A stretch of 62,189 nt of DNA, counting the filler, from Collodictyon triciliatum (taxonomy: Eukaryota): NCBI GenBank assembly GCA_043381765.1. It is 6 parts of 6 records of this genome, joined end to end, with 100 filler letters (N's around TTAATTAATTAA, not from the genome) between each part and the next. Parts side by side here need not be neighbours in the genome. Positions count along the whole stretch, not along the records: positions 1 to 25,791 come from JBHJMP010000195.1; positions 25,892 to 32,140 come from JBHJMP010000197.1; 4 more parts are not named here. The stretch is one strand, 5' to 3'. The translations under genes were made by a program, and so were the position numbers. Of this stretch, positions 13,383 through 26,069 are shown piece after piece. The notes under the pieces are model-generated. The model made no database searches. It was not told the DNA's origin and was given only the letters and a program-made list of their open reading frames with translations. Within the stretch, counting starts at the first letter, position 1; each line of letters starts with the position of its first letter.

Positions 13383-13600
13383 GCTTTGTTTTTGCAATAC
13401 GGAGGACAGCGCCTTTCATTTTTCTTTGCCGTGGTGTATCACCCTTTCAACGCTCCAGCTATTTATAATACAAGATTTTGTGGCAGTCATCCAGTCAGAT
13501 AAGTTGTATTTGGTTTATTGAAAAGAATTCTCGCAACGCCACCTCCGGGCATAAAAGACAAGGACAGTGTCGGGGTCAGAGTCACGGGGTGCGCCTGGGC

Positions 13601-16600
13601 TCACATGCCGGGGAGAAGGTCATCTCCAAGGTCCGCGCTGCCGAAATCATCATCGTCCAGACTTTGCTATTTATTTATTTATTTTGGTTGAAATCGGAAT
13701 ACAATTCCACATGAAGCCGAGGCAAGATATACAAAAGAAGAAAAGATGAAGACAATAATGAAGCAAAGAATGCCCGATGACCAGACCTTGATTTTGGCGT
13801 GTGCTTTGGGTCTATCCTCGGCAATGGCACCGGAGACATTGAGTGCTATGTTTGTGTCGGCCATTTCTAAGGCAACATACCGTAAATAGGATTGCAGATA
13901 GAGCAGGGGAAAAGGGGTTGAAACCCTGAGGCAGGTGAATCAGGGTGTGCAAAATAGATGAAGCAAACGTGGAGCAGGGGCTGGTGCGGGTTCCGGCTCG
14001 GGCTCTTGATTGCGGACAGAGCTCATACCAAAATTGCGCTCGTCGAATATGTCTTGTGGAGCGTCAGCCTGCATTTTAATGAGATTCATTATGAACAGGA
14101 TAATTTAAGTAGAATGTGTTGTCTCAAAAGCAGATGAAAAAAAGAAGAAGAAAAGAGTCATGTGTGTGTATCTGGGTTGCGGAGTAACCTCGTCTTTCTT
14201 CTTTCGAGATTTACGGTCGGTCTTCCTCTGTTAAGTTACATTTCATTTATCAATCAACAATGTTCAATGATATCAAGATAGAGTGAAGTAAGATTATAGC
14301 CTTGACTATGATTCCAAACAAGTCATCAGCACCGTTTCCGGTTGTATATGCTCTCGTTCATACCTGCGCGGCTGCCTGTGCCTTCGCCTCTGCAGCTCTT
14401 TCTGCTTTCTTCAGGCGTGCAACGTATTCGTGAACCTCATCTTTCATTCCGAGGTCATTACATATGGCCATGAGATATTTCAAACCTGTTTTTTTTCCGC
14501 CCCAAGAAATAAATAGTGAGTCATAAGCATATGTAAGCAACAGCATAAATTTTGAAAGAGAATGATTGAAACTGGATATATTGCAGGACATCAAGAGCCA
14601 AAATAATAAAAAATAAATATATGTACATTCAACGTTTTCGGGGAACTTCTCATGTATTTGTTGGTAGGTCTCCAATGCTTGTTGGTATGAACCCATTCTG
14701 CGATAGCAGCTAGCAACCTTGTGATTCAATTCCATATCAAGAATAGACGACACAGAAAAATGAAGGAATATTAGGGAAATAAACTAATGTAATAGACACA
14801 TAAATATAGAAATTGGTCACCATTAGCCTCCAGCGTGGGTCGAGAGTCTGGATAAGAGCCGCTTGCTCAAAGTAGTGGATAGCTTTTTCATAAACCTCAT
14901 TCTTGACATAGTATGCACCTAACCATTGAATTACCTCCATATTGACGGGATATAGCTTATAAGCCTGTGGGAGTTGAGTTGACAAGTCAGAGTGATAAAG
15001 CATTCGAGATAAATTACGGATTAGTGAGAGATGATATTTGAGTTTGCTTAGAACGGTACATCGGTGTTGTAGTGATAGGCCTCACTTTCGTCATCTTCTT
15101 TTACATAGATATTTGCTAGTCTGGAATTAACGGATTTTGCCTTAGCCGTTTGGGATGTATGATATTTAAACAAGAGCATATACCACATATAAAGTTTATT
15201 GATTTATTTCATTTTTTTAAAAAAATTATATAAACAACGAAAAACCTTGCTAACACGCCTGGGTCAGTCGGCAGAACAGTTGCCAATTGCCTGAAATACT
15301 CTGATGCTACCTTGATGTTTCCAACGGCCTCAGATCTATTCATATACAAGATGTAAAAATAAACGATATCCATACAATATAATGATAAACATGAATAACT
15401 AAATCTTATTATGTTGCTAATATGCCATGGCCGGGGTGGGTTATTACATATCTGCGAGTTGAAACAGGACTTCTGGGTGAGATGGAAGAAGTGCAAGTAG
15501 TTTTTCAAATCGCTCTGTGGCCTCGTTGAATTTGCCCAATTTTTTATAGGATAGTCCTGCATAAGGAATACTCCGATTCACATGGATGCCTTATCTTTGG
15601 ATATATATATAAGAGTAGATGATTACCCAAATTGAAAAGCCCTTCAATACAATCAGCCTCTGCTTTGACAGCTTCGAAGTAGAACTCCTTTGCCTTTTCA
15701 TATTCAGCACGTTGGAAATGAATGTTTCCCTTATTCACCAGTGCTTTGGCGTTGTACGAGTCGAACTACACAAAGCACAAAGTTTTTTTTTAAATGTGAG
15801 AGCTTTTATGTACAAATTATAGTCAAAACCATTGGTCTGATGTACAATTTAAACTGCTATAAGTTTCACAAAATTTTGACGGCATTACCTGAAGTGAACT
15901 ATCAGCATATTTCTCAGAGTTTTTGAAGTCTCCTTCGAGGTAGTATAAAAAGGCCAGATTCGTTGATGCGATACCAGCAAGGCTCGCATCTCTCTTTTCA
16001 AATTGCTTGAGCTGTTCAATTGCCTAATATTCAATTCAATGAAAAAATCAATTAAAAATGGAGTGTTTTATGTTAAATCGCATGTAACACAATACAGTCT
16101 GCGAGTTTAAATCCAAAGAATAAACCTTGTCAAACTTCTTGGAACGAAGAAATTGTGATGCCTTCGAGATTTCTAACTGATATGATTACAACAGAAGAAT
16201 ACATTTAAAATAAAAATATGTTCAGACAAAGTTGCCATATGGAATGCATTACATTCTACTTGTATGTTTCATAAAATAATCATAAAATGATAAATCAGGA
16301 AACCTCGTTGATAACGGACTGGAAAGCGGTTGACCTCAAACATTCGATTATATAATCAACACCACCAACATAATCCTTCTCGATAACAGGAGCAATAAGC
16401 TTTGATGCATTCAGGACAAATTTGTTGGCCAGTCTCTGCCTGTATGAATGAGTGTAAACGTTAAGTATATCACTGTATTATATTGTTGCATGTGCAGCAG
16501 CCCGAGCCATTTGCTGTAACTGAGAATATAGCACCATTTTCCCCCTTTATTCGGTTCAAAGTGAGAATATAGCACCATAATAGCTCCATCAAGAGCAAGT

Positions 16601-19055
16601 GATGATAAACTTAATAAGCGAAATAAATGCAAGAGCAGGAATAGAAAATAGGGGTGAAAAAAAAAAGATAAGAAAGAACCTCGCTCTTATTTCTCTTTTT
16701 AAAGCCTCATCATGAAGAAATTCATCATCTGTGCCAGCAATCTCATCCTCCTCGTCATCGCCACCGAGAGCACGGATGCTGACGAGCTTTTCGAAACTGC
16801 GCTTCATCTTTTCTTTATCTCCCAATGCATAGTAGCACACAACAAGATTAAATCCTAAAAAAAAAAAAATAATGAAGAAAATGAAGAAAATGACGTAAAG
16901 AGAAGAGAATGAAATGATACCCATATAGATCAATTATTTATTTTTATACAAAAAAGAAGTCATTCTTGATATAAAAAAAATTTAGCTACAAATACCTGTT
17001 CTAAAATCCGGAAGCCCCTCCATAATTGTTTCATAAGATTGTACCGCATCAGCGAACTGGCCGAGTTTCACGAAAGCATTTCCAATATTCCTCATTATTT
17101 TGAACCTGCGAGTGTTCAAATAAGATTTTTGGTAAGTACTATTCCCATATGCAGTTTCTCTTTCATTTCTTCTTTCTTTTATTTTGGTATAATAAAATAA
17201 CAAGATTCGTGTACAAAAGGAGTACTCATATTCATATAATTGTAATAATATGCCCTTAGTGAAAAGAAAAAATATTGTTCATCAGTAACCTTATTTCCTT
17301 TCCAGTATTCGGAACTTGATCAAGAGCCATTCTGTACATTTTAATTGCAGACGGATATTTCTTTTGCTCATAGTAGATATTTCCCATATTGACACGAAGT
17401 CGACCAGACTGATTTATGAAAAAGAAAAACAGCCATCAATAGTTTATCCATGAATAGGCAAATCGGTCGTGAATTATGATCCGATGATTATCATGTTACA
17501 ATAGAAAGTAAACATTTCAAAGATGGTATATCATCTATGTGCAAAATGATTGAGAACCTGTGCATATTGTTTATTCCGAACAATAAGGGAATAGGTAGCC
17601 AGTGCGTCCTCGAAAAGCTTATTTGTGTGGTATTGACATGCAAGATTCAGATGCACGGCATATGTAAGGTCTGGATTGATCTGTTCACTGCAAATGTAAT
17701 TTTATCAATAAAATAATGATGATAATAATGCTAATAATATCAATTATACCAATAGTAATAGGGTAATCTCACATCTAACAAATATATGTGTAAGAAACAA
17801 AATAGCAAGACACCGTCGTTCTCGCTATGCAGTCAATATCGAATGTGCAATTTCTTCAACTTTGGTACAGCAGGAAAATAAAACTTCAATAGGATATAAG
17901 TCTGATACCTTAACCCATTGGACTCACGATATTTACACAAGCTACGCTCGAGTTTCCCAGCTTCCTTTGCCTTATCCAACGCTGCGCGCAGATTGCTTTC
18001 ATATCCGGCCATAGCACTCTCCTCGATCAGCACATTCACCTTCTTTTCCATGTCTTTTGCCTGCTCCTCTGGCGAACTCCGGTCAGGCTTCTGCAAGGGA
18101 GCAGCAGCTCCTCGCCCTTCAAACAACACTCAGGTTTAATACATAGACATCTACGCATTTACATTAATCCATTTTTACTTCACGAGCACAAACATTGACA
18201 CAAAAAAACACAAACATAAACATAAAAATAAACATAAAAATAAACATAAAAATAAACATAATATAAACATAAACATAATATAAACATAAACATAAAAATA
18301 AACAAAAAAACACAAAAAAAACACACAAAAAACACAAAAAAAACACACAAAAAAAAACACAAAAATAAACACAAACACAAACACAAATGAATGGTTATCA
18401 AAAAAGAAAAAAAGAAAGACATATTCAGACCTCCAAGAGGGTCCAGTCCCTGGCGATTGGCATTGCGGTTTCCTGCAGACGAATACCCGGCTGCACGCAC
18501 ACTCGTCATCGGTCGGTCCTCGCCTCCACTCGTTGCTGCAGCTGTGCCCATTCGTGAGCCGACGCCACGTCGCGAGGCTGATTGGCGGCCGCCTGATGTG
18601 GCTGGTGCGCCGTATGACGAAGCAGGGTTCGGCGCCGCATAGAAAATGTCGTCATTATCGTAGGCAAATCCTGTCTGTGTAATCCTGTTAGCTTCATTGA
18701 TGCTTCAAGGCTTCAGTTCTGCTCTTTCGATTGTCAATTTGAGTTATAAGGCAGGTATCGTTACATCTCGCGATGTTTGAAGATATTGTTGAATATGTTG
18801 AGAATATTGCTGGTGTGTACAAAAGGAAAGAATGCATAAAATAGTTTTGGTTGAAGAGACATTTCTACGACGATAGACATGTAAATATGTTGCTAGATAA
18901 ATGTAAACCAGAAATAATCATAATCATAATCATAATCATAATCATAATAATCATAACAATAATAAAAGTGAAGCTACAGCCCCAACCTGCAGCGGGACAT
19001 ATCCTTGTTGCTCAAAGCCTCCATAGACATCGTCTTCGTCTTCACCTCCGTACAT
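13601..19055 (-). CDS. IFT88: Intraflagellar transport protein 88 (TPR protein), complete multi-exon gene
   Basis: Starts MYGGEDEDDVYGGF. Contains RPMTSVRAAGYSS, ALDKAKEAGKLER, GRLRVNMGNIYYEQKKYPSAIKMYRMALDQVP, KIMRNIGNAFVKLGQF, WLGAYYVKNEVYEKAI and VASCYRRMGSYQQAL. Ends DDDFGSADLGDDLLPGM*. All junctions are GT-AG and in phase. Confidence 0.97.
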
Positions 19056-19905
19056 TTCTTAAAGGCTGGAGAAAACTTGTTTCGTGCTTAACTACCAGGT
19101 TGTTCGTTGGCTTCAAATATTCTTCTGTTCTTATCGAGAAAGGGGACAATAGGATATCCTTCTTATTTGTCCAGAGAATCTGCCTCGACAGATCCAAACA
19201 ATAGATGAGTTTCTTGGAATTCATAGATTTTTACAAAAAAGAAAAAACGTAATAACACTCAAGTTTAAGAGAGAGGGGGGAGGAAAATACAAGAGGAGAG
19301 GGAGAGCTCCAAACACAAGGCAGTACTTTCTGCGGCGAAAGAGAGAGAGATGGTGTGAGTGTTGAGACGAGGACGGACACTTCCAACTGTTTTAGGGCTG
19401 CTTGATCGTTGCCAAAAACATTTAAAAAAATCATTCCATTAAGAATATAGGGTTCTTGATACGAATCACCCGTCCCTCTTCAGTAGTAAATACATATATG
19501 ATAACAGGAAAGGCTGCACCGATACTCCCCCGCACACAAAGCCCTCTCAATAAGATGAATCTGAAAAACAAAAAAGTTATTCAAATAGTTTTCCAGAATT
19601 GGATTCAGTTCGAACATAAGTGGAATTTACTTTGTTGCGCGGTGCACTCATAATCAAACATAATCAAACATGGGCTCAGATTTCGTTTCCTTTTAATTCC
19701 CGAAGGAGGCAAAGGCGCTGCGATAATGGATTTACAACGGGAGGACTAGTAGAGCAAAAGCCATGAAAAGTTAAGATATAAAAAGACATTGATGGTTAAT
19801 TTCTTAATTTTTTTTTTTGTTGGGCAGTATGAAAAGAGATGAGGGGTGGTGCCATTGTATCCATTATCAGTTCCTTTCTGCTTCTTCTCCAAGTCTCTTA
19901 TGTTC

Positions 19906-22900
19906 CTAATCTGAGTGGCCTGGCATTTCAGGTTTGCTGGCTTCGTTGGGTGCTGCTGTTTCAGGATTTTCTCCAGGCTTGTCTTCGGTAACAAGGGTAT
20001 CCTTTTTCTCTTCAGCAGGTGGCGCGGTCTCTTGGGGGTTGATTATTTTTTCATCCGTGCCTGGTGTCGGTGCTGGTTCTCTCTCCAGCTCAACTGTCAC
20101 ATCTCGAGGCAGGTCTTGCGCTTCGAAGGTCTTCTTGTAGTCGTGTATCAGCATCCTCTTTAATTTTTTATACATCTTTCGAACCTCTTCATCCTGATGG
20201 TGGCGGAAATCCTTAATTGAGAGTCCAAGTTTGGTTTCCTGAGATTTCATTTAGAGTAAGGTTAGCACAATTGTTAGGAATAATTATTTTCATTATCAAA
20301 GAATTCTTACTATGAGTAGCTTGGAGTCGTATTTCAAACCAAGCATGATTGTGAGGGTCGACTTCAGTTTAGGCAGATTCTGCACGTTAAAATTTAAATA
20401 TATGAAGACTTAACACAACTGGTACAATACCAAGTATGATGTTTCCAGAGTCATAAATTTTCATAGACTTAGTTTAGAGCTATATACAAAAGGAGAGTAG
20501 AGTACATTGAAATGAAATTGAAATAGAGAATTACTTCAGGTTTGGCTTTATTGTCATCTATATCTTTCATGAATTTTTGGACCTCACCAAGGGTTGCCTC
20601 TGAGGTAATAAAAAAATCGTCAGATATTTATAAATTACATATATTTCTCTTTTTCGTCACTTTCAGCAATAAAATTCAATTGTCTTAACGATCAAAAGCG
20701 AAGTGAATATTGGAGCAACCTTGTCTTGAGGTATCATCCTGCTTCTTGTCAGAAGATTCTGCATTTTCTGTGGCTTTCGAAGCATCTTTCTGTGTCTCAG
20801 AGGTCTTTGTAAAATCGAGAATTAATCTCTTCTTTAACTTTTTGTACATCTGCCGAACCTCTTCGTCTTGATGGTGACGGAAGTCCTTAATTGAGAGTCC
20901 AAGTTGCGTTTCCTGCGATTTCATTTATAGAAAGGTTAGCGCGATTGTTAAGAATAAAAATTTTTTTCATTATCAAAGAATTCTTACTATGAGTAACTTG
21001 GAGTCGTATTTCAGACCAAGCATGATTGTGAGGGTCGACTTCAGTTTAGGCAAGTCCTGTATGTGACACGGACAAATCGTGGTAGAGTCAAAGTAAGATA
21101 CGGATTATTTCTCTTTAAATCGAATACAGGGGAAAAAATACAACTTCTATCAAAATTAATATAGTAAAAAAAATAATTTTTTTTTAATACTTCGGGCTTT
21201 GGCTTGGATGACTCGATTTCACGAAGTAGCTCGTGGATTTCAGTGACAGAAGTTTCTGCAAAGAATAATGTTGATTATTGGAATTACGGGTAAATGATGA
21301 CAACGAGAGCTGTAATCAAAAAGAGATGGTCAGACTACAATTATAATTCTAATGTGTTTTTGAAGAAAATTACATACTTTTTCTGGGTAAAATGTCAAAG
21401 TTTTCATCGTCCGAATCCTTTTTGTCTCCCGCTGGTTTCTTTTTATCTTTCTGATTTCCTTTTGATTTGTCTTTCTCAATCACTCTTGATGTGGTTGGCG
21501 TAGCTGTCAATCCAGGCGGCATTGATTCATCAGGGACATGAGTGTTCTTTGATGTATCAACAGTTTTTGATTCTTTAGCCTCCAACTTACGCTTTTTTGA
21601 CTTTTCCTTTTCATCCCCTTCGAGCTTTTTTTCTTTGTCCCTGCCTTTGGAAGTGTCTGCAGACTTTCCGATGGAGCTTGATTCATTTTTGGTGTCTTTT
21701 GATTTTTCTTTGCTTGTCTCCGTGGACTTCTCGTCAGACTTTCCTTCTCCCTTTCTGGGAGTCTCTGGTTTCTCTCCGTTTTTTGTTTTCTCTTTTTCCT
21801 TCAATGATTCATCGGCTTTTGTTTTCTTGTTTTCTTTTTCTTTTGATTTACCTTTCTCCTTTTCTTTCGAGCCATCTGTAGATTTGGACTCACCCCCTAC
21901 GCCTTTGGCTTTTGACTCCGAGGGTTTCGATGCAGATTTGGTTTCTTTCTCACTCTTACTAGGCGCCTTTTCAGAATCCTCTTTTCTGGACTTTGCATTC
22001 AATGAAGAGTTCTTTTCAGTGGCATTGCGTGCTTTGGGCGGAGTGTGCTTCTTTTCCTTTTCCTTCTTCTCTCCCTTCTCTTCAGATGCCTCTTTATCCC
22101 CAGATTTTAAGCTCTTACTTGATGACTCTTTGACTTGCCGAGACCTTGCCTGAGTGTCGGGAGATGTGCTCTTTTTGGGGGGGTCTGATTTGTCTCCTGA
22201 CTCAGATTCTACATGTTTCTTGGGCTTTCGTCCTCTTTTAGCACCTTCTTTCTTTTCCGACTTGGCACTTTGATTTTCTTTGGCGGAGGCTTTTTTTCGC
22301 CCTCTCTTCTTTGGTACCTTTGGGGCCTCTGGTAGGTTATCTTCTTTTGACAATTCTGTCTGATTTTCTTTAGCAGTTTCTTCCACTTCTTTCCTTTCGG
22401 CAACAGAGCCTTCAGAGCGCCTACGTCTCTTGCCCATGGCGTATATTTCTCGAAAGTCTCTTTGATTTCTCTTGCGGCCGCGAGATGAGAACGTAACTAT
22501 GCGGGAAGGTCCATCGTCTTCCTCCTCATTTTCACTTGAATCGCCTTGCTTATCTTTCTTTAGTGGTGTTCTTTTTTCTTTTTCTTCTATTTCAGATGAA
22601 GACTCTGTATCTGTTTCTTCTGAGCTGTCGTCTTGGTTCTCTTTCAGACCACTTGACTTGCCTGTGGATGCTTTTTGGCGTGGCTTCCTCTCTACAAGAT
22701 TTCTTCTTAGTAAGGGGCATCGGGCCCTGGAAATAATGACCAAATCAAATGCAGTCAATGAGAAGGTTAAGAATGGAGATTACTTATTGGAACAGCAGGG
22801 GCCTCGCGGACACGTCTTGTACGCTTTGGCTCCTCTTCAGTTTCACTTGATTCCTGCGATTGATCATCATCCGTGTCGTCATCTAACTCACTCAGCCCTT

Positions 22901-23500
22901 CATCATGTATGACTTCGACCTTGTCCAATCTTTTTTGCCGAGCAATTTTAGCGTATTTCATCGCCTGTTTTGACAGTATAATTAGTATTTAATTTAATTT
23001 ACATTACATGAATATCTCACGTGACTGTTATTTATATCCAAAAAAAAAAAAGGAAGAGACAAACCAAGACAAAACGAGACGAAAAGAAAGGACAGGAAAA
23101 GAATGAGTAGTGTAAAATATCGTTGAAAACTACAGGTCCCGTCCAAGATGAATCTACAAACCTCTGCATATGCGTGGCGTCCTGGCTTCGCGACATAGTG
23201 CGTCTCCCAAGTGCTGATGAGAGGGAACAGCTTCAACCCAAAGATCGCTGGCGAAACCCACTTGAAGTCACGCGATCCAAAGAAGCGGATGAGAAGAAAA
23301 GACGGATGGGTAGGTTCACAAGGTCGCTTTGGATGGGTAGGCGACATTATCTTGCCCGGCCAAATAGGATATCCTCGCATCTTCAGCCAGACAAGATCGC
23401 CTTCTTTCAGACTTGAGCCGCCCTCGACTCGCTCTTTGGGTGGCGGGTCGGCTGCCTTCTTTGGCTTCGGGCCTCGGCGGGACTTTTGACGAATGACCAT
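19906..23500 (-). CDS. PWWP-domain chromatin protein with long K/E/S-rich linker and two tandem TFIIS-N-like domains (LEDGF/HDGFL2-like architecture)
   Basis: PWWP: GDLVWLKMRGYPIWPGKI..IRFFGSRDFKWV. About 450-aa charged exon. Two copies of LPKLKSTLTIMLGLKYDSKLLI|ETxLGLSIKDFRHHQDEEVRxMYKKLK, matching the TFIIS N-terminal pattern LL.ET.IG..V..LRKH. Confidence 0.82.
20161..21060. repeat. Internal duplication of two exons plus the intervening intron (about 20161-20380 and 20834-21060)
   Basis: Direct alignment of the two copies, including introns 20239-20310 and 20913-20987. Confidence 0.92.
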
Positions 23501-25791
23501 TTTCTTTCTTACTTACTCCTTTTTATGTTCGTTTGGCGGCTCTTCTGCGTGCCTTGAGGTCTATTCTTTGCTTCTGTGTTTTATTGCACGATTCTTCTCC
23601 CTGGGAGAATAGCTTCGCACAAACTATGTCGCTTTCGTGATCTAAATAGGAGGAAGCAAAGTGAAATTCTACAGCTCTTTTTCAGCAGAAGTCCTCCGCT
23701 GGCTGCTTGATGACTCCGAGATGAGTGCATCGCAAGCATGTGTGGTTTGCATGCTTATTTGAATGGCATGACTGAAAGGACGAAGCAGGACAGAGATGAG
23801 GTATGTTGAAGACGTCTGCGAATGGGTCTCTGTGTGGTTTGATCGGCGCTTTGATCAGAGGCCGCGATTGTATGTGGTGGGAGGTTTGTGTCGTTGTCCT
23901 TCATTTGTTGCAACGTGCTCGGCAGCGAGAAAGAATATTAGAACGTTGGAGAGGAAAATATAAGGCACCCGCCCGGGAAAAGCTTACGTAACTTCTTTGC
24001 TAAATTTATGGATATTTATTTACTTACAATTATTTATTTGTGGAAATGATAATTTATCTAATTATTATTATTATCAAAGCATAATTTAGCTTGCATTCGT
24101 AATTAATTAATAATCAATGTATGATATATTATTATTTAGTAGAATTTTTTTAAGATGGCGGTGTTGCGGGGGGTAATTCCATATAAGAGCAGGAAAAATG
24201 TGTGCACCACCAGCGCATCTTTGCCAGAAGCGGAATGCCTTCACTTTGTGCATTTTCTCTTATGTCCGCGTTTCCCTCTCGCTTGTTATACTGCAATGGA
24301 AATTCGACCGAATTGGCCTGTTTTCCTTTTCAAACGCGTTTCTGTCCCTTTCTCTTTCTCTGTCTCTCTCGGTCTCTCTCGGTCTAAGCCTTTCCCAAAA
24401 GCCTGGTTGTTGGCAAATACGCCTTTGGAATTGCGTTGCGGGAACGAACCCACCCACTCTATTTTGTACTTCCACCAGCCANNNNNNNNNNNNNNNNNNN
24501 NNNNNNNNNNNNNNNNNNNNNNNNNNNNNNNNNNNNNNNNNNNNNNNNNNNNNNNNNNNNNNNNNNNNNNNNNNNNNNNNNNNNNNNNNNNNNNNNNNNN
24601 NNNNNNNNNNNNNNNNNNNNNNNNNNNNNNNNNNNNNNNNNNNNNNNNNNNNNNNNNNNNNNNNNNNNNNNNNNNNNNNNNNNNNNNNNNNNNNNNNNNN
24701 NNNNNNNNNNNNNNNNNNNNNNNNNNNNNNNNNNNNNNNNNNNNNNNNNNNNNNNNNNNNNNNNNNNNNNNNNNNNNNNNNNNNNNNNNNNNNNNNNNNN
24801 NNNNNNNNNNNNNNNNNNNNNNNNNNNNNNNNNNNNNNNNNNNNNNNNNNNNNNNNNNNNNNNNNNNNNNNNNNNNNNNNNNNNNNNNNNNNNNNNNNNN
24901 NNNNNNNNNNNNNNNNNNNNNNNNNNNNNNNNNNNNNNNNNNNNNNNNNNNNNNNNNNNNNNNNNNNNNNNNNNNNNNNNNNNNNNNNNNNNNNNNNNNN
25001 NNNNNNNNNNNNNNNNNNNNNNNNNNNNNNNNNNNNNNNNNNNNNNNNNNNNNNNNNNNNNNNNNNNNNNNNNNNNNNNNNNNNNNNNNNNNNNNNNNNN
25101 NNNNNNNNNNNNNNNNNNNNNNNNNNNNNNNNNNNNNNNNNNNNNNNNNNNNNNNNNNNNNNNNNNNNNNNNNNNNNNNNNNNNNNNNNNNNNNNNNNNN
25201 NNNNNNNNNNNNNNNNNNNNNNNNNNNNNNNNNNNNNNNNNNNNNNNNNNNNNNNNNNNNNNNNNNNNNNNNNNNNNNNNNNNNNNNNNNNNNNNNNNNN
25301 NNNNNNNNNNNNNNNNNNNNNNNNNNNNNNNNNNNNNNNNNNNNNNNNNNNNNNNNNNNNNNNNNNNNNNNNNNNNNATCTGGTATTATAAATCAAAGGC
25401 ACTCTTTCACATCTGCAGCCAAGAATTAATCACACTATACCCTACCTCTTCCCCCCTCGATTGTTTTGGTATATCTGAGAAGGCCGTCCTCCTGTTTTCT
25501 TTTGTTTTAAATGGGCCAACCGTTTTGTATCGCTGGTTAGCGATAAGACAGCCACTTTGATGAACATCTCATGTACCGGATGCAATCGGAGTCATTTCAA
25601 TCATGGCAGAAACATAAACAAAAAAAAACTTTGCTCTCCGATCATACAATCCACCACTCCTAATTTTCTTCCTTCTTTCCTCTCTTTATCATCGCCATGC
25701 AAACAAATCCAGTATCACAATCAGAATCTAATCCAAACAAAAAACAAAAAACAAAAAACAAAAAACAAAAAACAAAAAACAAAAAACAAAA

Positions 25792-25891
25792 NNNNNNNNN
25801 NNNNNNNNNNNNNNNNNNNNNNNNNNNNNNNNNNNTTAATTAATTAANNNNNNNNNNNNNNNNNNNNNNNNNNNNNNNNNNNNNNNNNNNN
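25792..25891. other. Artificial scaffold-join linker N44-TTAATTAATTAA-N44
   Basis: Six-frame stop 12-mer at 25836-25847 inside Ns. The same structure occurs five times in the window. Confidence 0.95.
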
Positions 25892-26069
25892 TCTTTTTTC
25901 TTCTTTTTCTTCTTTTTTCTTCTTTTTTCTTCTTTTTTCTTCTTTTTTCTTCTTTTTTCTTCTTTTTTCTTCTTTTTTCTTCTTTTTTTTCTTTTCAATA
26001 CCCCGAAACATAGCTATCAAATCTTTGTGACGCCACACGAAGGGAAAGCACGCGCCACCCGACGGAGTT

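Noticed and set aside
21542-22912. Plus-strand S/F-rich ORFs
   Set aside because: Antisense shadows of the K/E-rich PWWP exon.
24155-25560. Long 374-424 aa ORFs in the track
   Set aside because: They read through an approximately 900-N gap. The flanks show no recognisable protein or convincing exon.
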